From positions 1 to 64,000 of the forward strand of contig MQRK01217150.1 of assembly GCA_001938485.1 (NCBI GenBank): a stretch of DNA of 64,000 bases, in the 5' to 3' direction. Shown here in pieces: positions 39,264-50,414 of the stretch. The stretch comes from Girardia tigrina. Taxonomy: Eukaryota. The notes beneath the pieces are model-generated. The model did not search any database, had not been told where the DNA came from, and was given only the letters and a program-made list of their open reading frames with translations. Position 1 is the stretch's first letter, and every line of letters begins with the position of its first letter. The position numbers and the translations under genes were made by a program.

Positions 39264-39701
39264 ATGCTGCGTAATATCAAATACAAAGGATTTACTGAAG
39301 AATGCCTAAAAGACCTCCATTTTGGTACTAAACCGTGTCAATGTGTTTTACCCTTTCCGGAGTACACCATCATATTCTTCCGCAATGGAAAATGTCGAAT
39401 AATGGGATGTAAACAACGAATTGATCCATCCACTTTATCATTCAATATCACCAATGTCAGTATACAATCTATTACAGTGACGTGTGATTATGGTGAGCCT
39501 ATAAATAGCAATGCTTTGAAAAAGACTACTCCGAATCATTATGAACCTGAAATGTTTCCTTTTTTGAGATTTGCTTGTTTCAATCCAATATGTGTAAATG
39601 TTTTTGGTTCTGGGAAAATTTTAATCACCGGTTTGAGAGATTTAAACTATAATGATTTTGTTACACGTCTTTTTGACTATATTTTGTTTACAACTATGTA
39701 A
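39264..39701 (+). CDS. Minimal divergent TATA-binding-protein-like protein, 145 aa, intronless
   Basis: Repeat 1: NIKYKG...TIIFFRNGKCRIMG. Repeat 2: IQSITVTCD...YEPEMFPFLRF...VNVFGSGKILITG, compared with TBP IQNMVGSCD...YEPELFPGLIY...LIFVSGKVVLTG. Confidence 0.85.
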   Translation: MLRNIKYKGFTEECLKDLHFGTKPCQCVLPFPEYTIIFFRNGKCRIMGCKQRIDPSTLSFNITNVSIQSITVTCDYGEPINSNALKKTTPNHYEPEMFPFLRFACFNPICVNVFGSGKILITGLRDLNYNDFVTRLFDYILFTTM

Positions 39702-39749
39702 GTTATGTTTCAAATATATTGTTGTATCTTCATTCAAAATCTTGTGTAT

Positions 39750-40742
39750 ATTAAGCTTTAACTCATTAAGCTTTTGAAGAGTCACTTTTGAAATATGAGA
39801 TCTAGCGTTATGATGAAGAAGGATGGGACTTTTTCGATTGACCAAACCCGGAGAAAGGGTTTTCAATTTCTTATGCATTTCATCAATTTCATGACAGTAC
39901 CTCTCCGCTGTGATTGTCTCACCTGGATTCAAGAAACTATAGTGGATGATTCCAGCATCACACCACCAAACTGTCACCATAACCTTACGGGGTGTTAGAT
40001 TCGGTTTGGGGAAGTGCTTCGGTACTTCATCTTTGTTCAACCAATGTGCAGATCGATGTCGGTTATCATACAGGATCCATTTCTCATCACAGGTAACAAT
40101 ACGATCAAGAAATGGATCGTTTTTATTGCGAAGATGATTGACAGAACAAATTTATAGCGTCGGTTCTTTTGATTTTCATTCAAATCATGTGGAACCCATT
40201 TATCAAGTTTCTTGATTTTTCCAAGTTGTTTTAAATGATACAGGACTGTTGAATGACTAATGCCAAACCCATCTGCAAGTTCTCTGATTGTTGTACGGGG
40301 ATCTGTTTCCACCATTATCCTCAAATTGTCGTTGTTCACAACAACTGGACGACCACGACCTTCTTCATCTTCAAGGTTTTCATCTCCATCAAAAAATTTT
40401 CGGAACCATCGTTGCACTGTGCGCTCAGAAGCTGTTCCCTTGCCAAACGCTTTATTGATATTGCGAGCCGTTTTTGCTGCTTTACGACCCAGTTTAAATT
40501 GGTACAAGAAAATTGCTCGAATTTTCATTTTTTCCATTATTAATTTAGCACCGTAAACATTCTAAAATATAACAGCAATATGTTAATAATGGCTATAGGA
40601 ATATACAGCTATGCATAAGATTTCAAATAATATTTAACACTAATGCATTTAAACTTATATACATATCAAAGTAGATAAACAAAGTATAAAGCTCAAAANN
40701 NNNNNNNNNNNAAAAACCGCCATTATTTTTCGACCAACCTAA
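39750..40742 (-). mobile_element. Mariner, cecropia (Hsmar1-like) subfamily, 3' truncated
   Basis: IRAIFLYQFKLGRKAAKTARNIN, WVPHDL, TCDEKWILYDN, LLHHNARSH. Left TIR TA|TTAGGTTGGTCGAAAAA. Confidence 0.92.
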
Positions 40743-40816
40743 TATATCAACCTATTATATCAACCCATTATATCATAATATATCATTTTTGATCACTTTT
40801 TTGAGAATTTCCGACC

Positions 40817-40872
40817 GTTGCTAGGGTGATCGGAACCGTTGCTATGGTAACCGTAACCGTTGCTTTGGTAAC
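40817..40872. repeat. Three RFX X-box-like palindromes at a 21-bp period
   Basis: GTTGCTAGGGTGAT (40817), GTTGCTATGGTAAC (40838), GTTGCTTTGGTAAC (40859). Confidence 0.6.
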
Positions 40873-40980
40873 GGGTGATCCCCTTGGGGGGGGGTGTGGG
40901 TCAGAAAATACATTTTATCCATTCTTTAGTCGGCATTTTGTGAATGAGAAGGATGTCGACCTGTGAGCGAGAGAATCTAG

Positions 40981-43560
40981 ATGTTGAATGGGAGCACCAC
41001 AGCTAGTGCACTAGCAGTGAAGAGAGAAGTGGAAGTGCAACGGACCAAAATTGAGGTGGATTTTTTTGTGATCGATCTGCTTCTAGGTTTCGATATTGTA
41101 TTGGGTATGGATGTGATCGGGCTCTGCGGCGGTGTCTCGATTGCGGCTGATAGGAAGGACGTGCAGTTCGCGGTACCGCAAGGAGCTTGCGTTGGGGCAC
41201 AAGAAGAAATTCGAGTGGAAGACTTTGATTTCACGGCGGTGTTCGCGAATGGGTATTGGTCAGTGACATATCATTGGAAGGATGCCGACCCTGTACTGAC
41301 CAATAGTGTGGTAGATTATGGAATTCCCGATGAATTCAAAGAAGAATTTAATGCAGAGATAGAAGAGCGAATTCGGCAAAGGTGGATAATTCTGTATAAT
41401 GAGTACAGGAAGGGTACTTTTATTCCGCTTATTTTAGTAATGCAGCAATCAAAAAACAAAGTAAGACCCGTAATGGACTTCCGAGAGCTGAATGAGTATG
41501 TTTCATGTCATATGGCGAATGGAGACTGTACAGTAACAAATTGAGAAAGTGGCGTCAGATGGTGACCAAATTATCAATCATGGATTTGCGGAAGGCGTAT
41601 CTGCAGATTAAGGTTGATGCTCGGTTGTGGCGATATCAAATTATTAGATTTGGTGCAAAAAAGTATTGTCTCACTCAATTAGGCTTCGGATTAAAAGTTT
41701 GTCCAAAATATTTCGGCGATTGTTAACAATGTGTTGGAAATGGATGAGCAAGTGTGAGCGGTAACTGATTCGTATATCAACGACATTGTCGTTAACAATG
41801 CGATGGTGAAGACGGAACATGTGGTTAAATTTATGGCGCAGTATGGATTGGAAGCGAAAGCACCAGAACAGCCAGTTGGTGTTCGGATACTTAAGTTAAG
41901 GGTGGATCGGAATGATAAAGGAAAGTTGGTATGGAATCGAGATGGCACTATCTCGAAGATACCAGACAAACTGACGCGGCGGTCAATTTTCTCGTGGAGC
42001 GATCAGCTAATCGGGCATTTTCCTGTTGTAGGTTGGCTGCGACCCGCGTATTGTGTACTCAAGCGAATGACAAAAGATACTGTATGGGACAAAGTAGTGG
42101 ATAACAACTTTACTATGGTTACACATGACTTGTATCAACGCGCACTGAGGAATGATCTGGTGACAGGGGCATGGGAAGGGAAAGAAGAGTCAGTAAAGTT
42201 ATGATGTGATGCAAGCAGTGCAGCGCTAGGTGCGTGTGCGGAAACAGGAAGAACAATTGTAGAGGATGCTGTTTGACTTAGACATATCGATGATGGCAAT
42301 CACATTAATTTTGCCGAATTGGAGGCACTTATTAAATGCTTGAATTTGGTTTGTGCGTGGAATTTTCACAAAGTGGAAATTTATACTGATTCAACATTAA
42401 TAGTTGGGTGGATAAAATCAATAGTTGCAGACGACATGCGTATAAAAGTGAAAGGTTTAGGGGAAGCACTTGTTCGAAGAAGGGTGATGATAATTGCAGA
42501 TACGGTCAAAGAATATAAGCTGGACATTTGTGTGACACCCAAAGCTGATCGGTTGAATAGGGTTCCTCGTGAGTGGTTGGTGCCTTCGACAATAGCGGTG
42601 GTAGCACTGACGTTGGTGACTTGTTCAGAGAGTGAGAGTTATATCCGAGATTTTCACAAGCAACATCATTTTGGGGTCGAGAAAACTCTATTTTGGCGAG
42701 ATAGGTTTTCCCTGAAGATGATATTACGGTTGATGATGTAAAAAAAGGTGATAACATCATGTGTTCAATGTTTGCCAGTCGATCCCGGATAAATTAAATG
42801 GCTTTCAGAGAAATTGGAGGTCGAAGAGAACTGGTAGCAGGTTGCATGTGACGTCACGCATGTTGCGGAAAGCAAATATATGACCTTGGTGGATTGTGGG
42901 CCAAATCAGTTTGCCATATGGAGACGAATCCAATCAGAAAGTGGAGCAGACATTTCATGGAATTTAGAGTCGATCTTTAGAGAGAGAGGGACCCACAGCA
43001 AATCTCGTTGGTGGGCTGGCTACATGTAAAGGTTGTTAAAAAGTTACATGTAAAGATACAGTTTCGGTGTGCGTACCGGTCTGAGGGCAATGATATCATA
43101 GAACGCAACCATTTCACGATTAAGAGAATGATGGCACAATGCGGGAGAAATGTACTGCGGATGGTGTACTGGTACAATATGGCGCCTCGAGGGGGAAGGG
43201 CGAAGATTTCATTCTACACTGGCAAAATTTCAAGTACCCCTGGAGAGTGCCAAGAAGTGAGAACACAACTATCGATCGATCCTAGAAAATTATGTCAACG
43301 TCGGCAAACAAGCTATACTATTATGAAGTGGGAGACCGAGTAGTAATGAAACCACCTGATGCGAGATGTACCACACCGTGGTCACAGGACGTAGTGTCTT
43401 CGGTCCAAGCCCCTCAAGTAGAGGAAATTGGTGGAATACCATGGCATTTTTCGAATGTCCGTCCTATCCCGATTAGTGATGTGGTGGAAGAAAACGAAGA
43501 CAAGGCCAGAGTTTAAGTGAATGAAGAATCGTATCGGCGGCCCCGACAATATGCGTTGAC
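40981..43560 (+). mobile_element. LTR retrotransposon pol (PR-RT-RNH-INT), decayed, 5' truncated
   Basis: IVLGMDVI; KVRPVMDFRELN; DLRKAYLQI; SYINDIVV; CDAS...HINFAELEAL...YTDS; HKQHHFG...CVQC; CAYRSEGNDIIERNHFTIKRM. Confidence 0.88.
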
Positions 43561-43793
43561 GCCGGAAAGATTGCGTGATTTTGTGACGCAAAAAAAGATT
43601 TATTTGATGATGATAATGTAGTAAATTGTATATATGAACGACAATGATGTTCAGTTTTGTTTGAATTGTAGTGTCGCGTGCGTGGTTTGAATTCGAATAA
43701 ATTTATTTTCGTTGATCCAGTCTTATTATATTTTGTACACATATATAATTCGAAGATAATATTAGATTAGTATTAGATAATATTACATTAATA

Positions 43794-44689
43794 TTAGGTT
43801 GTCATGAAAGTTCACGGTCAATAATGAAAATACATTTTTTTTCAAATTTCTTTTTGGCATTATTTATTTGATATACATATATACATCGATTTATTTATAG
43901 CATTATATGGACTACGAGATTACAAAGCTTGAAATTCATGTGTTGCTGCGTCACTATTGGAAGAAAGGCTTCACAACACGAGATGCTTCCAAGGCAATTT
44001 GCAAATCTACGAGATGACCGCTTTTGAAAAAGAATTGTGACGTCAGACGAGAAGTGTGTCTACTTGGTCAACCACAACCGAAACAAGCGATGGGTTCCAC
44101 CGGATCAAACAACGCCGTCAGTTCTAAAAAAAGATCGATTGGGCTTGAAAATCAGGTTGCGCGTCTGGTGAAACTTTGAGGGAGTCGTCCACTTTGAGTT
44201 GGTTCAGAACGGCCAGGCCATCAATGCTGAGCTCCATTGTCAACATCTGGACCATGTCTCCGAGAAGCTCAAGAAGAAGTACTCTGCCTTAATCAACCGA
44301 AAACGTGCACTACTTCAGCGAGCCAAACTGCATACCGCCAAGAAGATTACGGACAGGTTCCAAGAGTTGAATGGAGTCGAAATCCTGCCGCATTCTGCCT
44401 ACAGCCATGATTGCGCTCCATCCGACTATGGTCTCTTCCGATCCATGCAACACTTCTTGAAAGGCCGCCGATTTGAAGCATTCGATGAAGTTGAACAAGC
44501 ATGTCAAGAGTTCTTCAGTTCGTAGCAGCCGGAAGGGTACTTTGACCAGATCCGAAAGCTTGCAGACCGTTGGCAGAAAGTAATCGAAAACGATGGACTT
44601 TGAAGATTAATTGTTATTTATTTAAAATAAATTCTTGCACAAAAAAATGTATTTTTCATTCTTGACCGGGAACTTTTAGGACAATCTAA
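43794..44689 (+). mobile_element. Internally deleted mariner
   Basis: Imperfect TIRs TTAGGTTGTCATGAAAGTTCACGGTCAA and TTGACCGGGAACTTTTAGGACAATCTAA with TA flanks. TSDEK and HSAYSHDCAPSDYGLF motifs. Confidence 0.9.
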
Positions 44690-46007
44690 TAAAAAATTAG
44701 AATTCGCTTTATTTATAAAATAATGTTAGCATCATTTAACAGTGCTGGTATAAATTTTCAAAATATTTTACCTCATTTGTTAGTTAGAAGATGAATTTGA
44801 TTAATTGATTAGTTAAGAAATTTGTTTTGATTTTCATATTCAGAATTTTTATTCTTAAAAATTCATTTCATATTCTTAAATATTCATTTGAACCAGTAAT
44901 TTTCCGCTTAATAAAATAAAAAATTCCAAGTTGAAATTCACATTTTTTGCGTTATTCCGCTTAAAAATTCCCCGCATCTGACACCCGAAAAATTCAATAT
45001 ATAACTAATCGCCATTGCCGGAAGACTGCATTAAATCCACTTATTTGAAATTCCAGTTGCATCGTCACTAATAAAAACTTCTTACTCTTTATTTTGTTCC
45101 TCTGTTGGGACGACAGTTTGGGCACTTCTTTTGTATCTTCTTCATTGCTGCTGTCTTCCAATGATGACGATTCTTCTTTAGTCACAGTTCCTTTACTTGC
45201 GACTGAATTAGTAGCTTGTTTCATTTTCTTGTCGTCTTCCTCGTCTGAACTTCTTCTGTTAATAGAATTTTTGGATTTGCCATACCCATAAAGTAGACAC
45301 TTAATTCGAATTATCTATCTGTCATTTCAAATGTACTATACCAACATGTCGCTTGATCAATAATTGTTTCTTTTCCCTCAGGTATTTTCCAAATTATATC
45401 TTTTTTTGGGAATTAGGAAAAATAGTTTTTTTTCTTATAGAAAGCATTGCAGGTCTTCTTATGTTCAATATAATCTTAGATTCAAATTTTATATTACATA
45501 GCTTTAGAGGAATAGTATTTTTGATTTCTCAATTATTTTAATTGTTATACAGATACTTTAAAATTTTTCATGGTTTAAATTAATTAATTTCTTCTTAATA
45601 ATATAAATTAAAAAAATTATTTAATTATTATTTGGATTACTTTTCATGTAACATATCTGTAAAACAGACAATAAATATTTTTCATAACCGTTTTTATTCG
45701 AATACTTTAAAAATTAAATATTATTTAATATGTATAATAATACTAAACCTATAAAATAAAACATGAAATTTAAATTTCTAGCCCTTCAAGAAAATATACA
45801 GAAAAATTTATTTCCTACGAAATACGCACCAATGGGGATAGTTTGCTTAATTACAGACGAGACCAATAGAAATGAATTAATCGGCTATTTTAACGGGGCG
45901 CAATATCTTGATTATTATTTCGTAACTGGAATCTTTAATTATAGTACGTTATCTTAATATGTTATTAAAAATTAATTCAACTTTTAATTTTAGAAATCTG
46001 TAGAAGA

Positions 46008-47153
46008 ATGGATAATAATAAACATGAAATGGATCCCATAAGTAAGCATTCGTCACAAAACTTTTCAAATACAATCAAGATGGTTTCATTATATGGGTCT
46101 TCTATTGTATCGCTGATAATAAATGGTCAAGAGAGACTTTGTCTTGCCCAAATTTCTAATACATTGCTCAGTAAATATAGTTATAATGAAATACACAACA
46201 GAAGAGTTGCATTGGGTATTACGTGCGTTCAATGTACTCCAGTTCAACTTGACCAACTCAGAAGGGCTGGAGCTATGCCAATATCATCAAGGCGATGTGG
46301 AATGATTACAAAGCGGGAAGCTGAAAGATTAGTGAAAAGTTTTCTTGATGAAATCAGTCCACCGAAATTGCCAGCAAATTTTGCGTTTAATGTGAAGCAT
46401 AGTTGTGGATGGGGTTGTCACGGTAGTTTTATTCCAACTCGTTATAATAGCTCTAGAGCAAAATGTATAAAATGTCATCAATGTCAGATTTTTTTTTCAC
46501 CAAATAAATTCATATTTCATTGCCATAAACCCGATAATGATGAAATTAAACGATCAAATTTAAATTACCACCATCCCGATGCAGCTAATTTTAATGCTTG
46601 GAGAAGACATTTAGTAATAAGTGACGAAAATCCATTAGAAAACATTTTACATGCATGGGAAGATGTCAAGGCAATGTTTAATGGAGGGAATAGAAAGCGA
46701 TTGCTTAATCAACAACAAATAGATGTTAATTCTTTAACGGAAGATTTAAATTCGACAGAAAGTGCTTTGAAACAGGATTTTAAATTGATCAATGATCTCC
46801 CGAAGTATGATATAAATTTCCAGTCAGTCGTAGCAAAAAAAAGTTATAAAGAAGACTTGAATAGCTATTTATCGACATCTTTAATAAATTATGAATATTT
46901 AAACAATGGAAAATTAAATACTGGTCTTCTTGATGGAAGTTTATTTAGAAGATCTATTAATCCATTTAATATTTCAATGCAAACAAGGGAACCAACCTAT
47001 TCATGGCTTTTTCCATCAATAATTCCAAATATATTAAATCATAATATGATTGCTCCTATTGATAACTTTGTGAAGCCTATTTCATCTACTGAGAAGGATT
47101 CAATATGTAAAACAACTTACGACATTGATTCGATAATAAACAACAGATTTTAA
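46008..47153 (+). CDS. SKOR: SKI family transcriptional corepressor (SKOR/Fussel/Corl), 381 aa
   Basis: Ski/Sno domain GQERLCLAQISNTLL..YSYNEIHNRRVALGITCVQCTPVQL..LRRAGAMPISSRRCGMITKREAERL. SAND-like domain HSCGWGCHGSFIPTRYNSSRAKCIKC..C..FFSPNKFIFH, FNAWRRHL, WEDVKAMFNGG. A possible splice acceptor TTTTAG at 45993 may mean an upstream exon exists. Confidence 0.96.
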   Translation: MDNNKHEMDPISKHSSQNFSNTIKMVSLYGSSIVSLIINGQERLCLAQISNTLLSKYSYNEIHNRRVALGITCVQCTPVQLDQLRRAGAMPISSRRCGMITKREAERLVKSFLDEISPPKLPANFAFNVKHSCGWGCHGSFIPTRYNSSRAKCIKCHQCQIFFSPNKFIFHCHKPDNDEIKRSNLNYHHPDAANFNAWRRHLVISDENPLENILHAWEDVKAMFNGGNRKRLLNQQQIDVNSLTEDLNSTESALKQDFKLINDLPKYDINFQSVVAKKSYKEDLNSYLSTSLINYEYLNNGKLNTGLLDGSLFRRSINPFNISMQTREPTYSWLFPSIIPNILNHNMIAPIDNFVKPISSTEKDSICKTTYDIDSIINNRF

Positions 47154-48539
47154 TTGTGATTATAAAGTAAATACAATTGTTCAATTAGATTGCCTTTTAC
47201 TTAGAAATAATAGAATAAAAATTTATGAAACTGATACATTATCTAAAACATTATTTTATTATAATTGGATATATCATCCATTGAAAAAACTTAGGTAAAC
47301 AAATGATTGATATTAAGTTTTTATATTATGTTAAAAATAATTTTGTACATAATTTTTTTGAAATATAAGTAAGTACCAATATATTTTGTTCATTTACATT
47401 TAAATTTTAAGCACTACTTTTAGATATCAAAAACATTTAATCTTTGAATATTATGAAGACAAAAAAATTGTTTATTTGATGTTTTATTTGTAATCAGTTT
47501 GTTATTTTTATTCATTAACGACTTCTCATTTTTCAAAATAACAGTGAACTTTAAGATATTGCTAATATTGGTTATTTTAATCAAAAACTGATAGAAAATT
47601 ATTTTAAACCGTTGTATTTTAATGTTTGTTATATTTATTATGTTATATTTTATTATATATTTTATGTTATATTTAATCACATTACTATCAATGGTAATGT
47701 AAAATAATTAATTGCGGCAATTATTCGAATGTTAACGTATCAAACTGTCAGCGCGCTGAATGACAACAGAAATTGGTTACGGTATGTGATAATTCGTGAT
47801 TCCATGACGATGAATTTAAAAGTCGCTTCATGATGAACTTAATGACTCATCTGATTTATAATGAAGACACCAATTAGCTAACATCTGATTAACTGTATTA
47901 CGATTCTGTCAAAACGAAACTCAATTCTGGTACTCAGTCTGGCACAAAATTATTACTCGAGATGGCCCTTTTGATGTACTTATCTGTGTTCGACCGATTA
48001 TGACGAGCTAAACGAAGGGTTCTTTGGCTCGCAACTGCACCGACCAAGGCCGATGACAACTTGCGAACAGGAAGGTGCTCCTGTAATATCCCATGTTTTG
48101 ATGATAAAGTTATTAGTGGATACATCATCCATAAAATACTGATACAGAAGTTACGAACCCCCCGGTTAAACCTCTGTAAGAATCCTTATTTATATCTTTT
48201 CATTAAAATTCATTATTATTACTACACAATATTATTTATATAATTAAAAATTCCAACGTTTACATTAATAACCCCCATTCAGCAATCGCAGTGTTTATAA
48301 GGCACCCTGAGGTTCCATTGAAGCCGTTTTAGTAACAAATGCGACGATGAATTATGTTATAACAGAAAACAAAACCACAAGCTCGGAGTTATTACTATTT
48401 TGATTACTATTACGTTAAGAACAATGTTAGATTTCTTGTCACCTATAGGGACTATAAGGCTGTAAAGGTTGAAATTGACAACTGAGGTACCTAAAGGCAC
48501 CCTATAAACCATTTGAGGGATTGCCCAACCCTTCCACCC

Positions 48540-50010
48540 TAGGTGATCCCCGTGGGCACATTTTCACAGTTGAGCGTCTCACTTCTACTCTTCAGGCCTG
48601 GGCTGGTTCAATGACTTATTTAAAATATGGCATCAAGCCTTTACACGAGAGTTTATTTTGGCACCAATATAGCATCACCGGCAACGCCATATTGGATTGC
48701 CATATAGTTCTGCAAAAGGGTATTGATAGTAACGCTGGCCATAATTTAGCTAGCCCTACAAATTCTAGTGCCTTAATCGTTGGGTCACCATACTTTTTCG
48801 TCGATCAGACCGGTACACCTAAAATATGGCCATGCACTTTAAGTCAAAAAACAGTCTGTTCCAAAACATGGCAAGTGCGATCCCAGCGGAACAGTTTAAG
48901 ACAATTGAACCGCACCTTACTACTATCATCCAACACACATACTATATGAACAGTTTCGTTGGCAAATCATGGTCACTCTTGATCCTAAATCTGATGTGGT
49001 CTTTGAGAATTATTTCAATCAGCTACGTGGAGTTGATCCAACCAGGGATCACCCAGGACAAAAAATTCTTCATCCAATCACTCCCGCCAATACACAAGGC
49101 CACCAGAACAACTGATTTACTGGAACTAGTAGCACTCACTGATAACATTGCCGAAACCATGCTTTCAAGTTCAGATGCATGATTCCAGGCCGCTACATCG
49201 GTGGTTGAATGTACCAGCCCTAGGTAGGCTACACAAAAAATACAAATTGCTGCACTTACAGCCCAGGTAGCCCAAATGGTCACAATCATGATCGAGCTAA
49301 CAGCCCTTGTGGCATCACTAATAACATAAGCCAACGATTAACAGTTCTGACGGTCCAGCAGTCGGCTTAACAGCAGAAACAGTTCGACAACCCATTTAAA
49401 ACTACTCTGCTATTATCATCAAAATATCGGAACAAAGGCCCGAAAGTGCCAATCTGACTGAATAGAAGGGCGATCAAAAGACATTGGCAATCAAAAATAT
49501 GGCAATCAAGCCAGATCATATGCTCCTGGCTGCAAAAAGAAAAAGGTGGGAAACTAAAAGCGCCTTCCGTTCAAGCAGCAGTTACAGGAGGCTACAATAC
49601 ATGATGTGATTTATTTACTTATGATCTGCACATAAGTAATAAAATTATTTCACTGGCGTCATTTCACTGGCATCATTTCATTGGACAATGGATCTGTGCT
49701 ATCTGTCCTGCACACCGTTTCCAATCGCACAAATCCCGACATAGCAATCAACTTACAGCTGCGAATGGATCCACAGCCCCAATCTTTGGAAACATTCAGC
49801 CGAAGCTACCACTACAGAAACTATTGTCAACCTACTCGTCAATCACAGGATCACAAGATTTGACATCCCAACGAAGATCATCCCAGATCAAGGCTGTCGA
49901 TTCGAATAAGATCTGTTTAAAAGCCTCGCTAAATTATGGGGAATGCAGAAGATCAGAACAACAACATTTCAACCGCAGCGAATGGCATTTTCATCGAACG
50001 TTGCAGAATT
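48540..50010 (+). mobile_element. Heavily deleted Gypsy relic related to 52270-56046
   Basis: PBS-like AGGTGATCCCCG; gag KFFIQSLP and CYYHQNIGTKARKCQ; protease LDNGSVLSVL; integrase IPDQGCRFE. Confidence 0.75.
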
Positions 50011-50414
50011 AACTCCGCACAAATAAACAATTTACCAAATCCAAAATCTAATAATTAGACTAGAAACTAGTAAACAAAAGAAATTTTTTTAATCCACTCT
50101 ACTTGGCCAACAGAATTTTTTTTGTAATCTTTTGTAGAAGGAAAATTAATATTAAATTTTTTAATCAATTTATTTTGTTATTAGTAATAATTAAAATCTT
50201 TTGTAGAACGGACAATTTCATACAAAAAAATTACAACTCAATTTTTCAATTAAATAGTTAATAATAACAATAAATTTATTATAAAGCATGGAAGGAAAAA
50301 AACCAAAACATTATACTGTATTAAATATACTGTATTAAATAGAAAACGTTTTTTTGAAAAAATTATTTTGAGCTACTAGTTTGATCAAATTTTCACATTA
50401 TCATTTATTGTCAT

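Noticed and set aside
37117-44170. Recurrent TGA at conserved Trp positions suggesting TGA=Trp recoding
   Set aside because: The same elements have frameshifts and other stops, and SKOR uses TGG for Trp. This is ordinary G-to-A decay.
44994-45440. Acidic/Ser-rich minus-strand ORF upstream of SKOR
   Set aside because: Low complexity, interrupted by stops, and no recognisable domain.
48780-48792. Minus-strand PBS-like TGGTGACCC
   Set aside because: It falls inside plus-strand gag coding sequence that aligns with the gag at ~52290.
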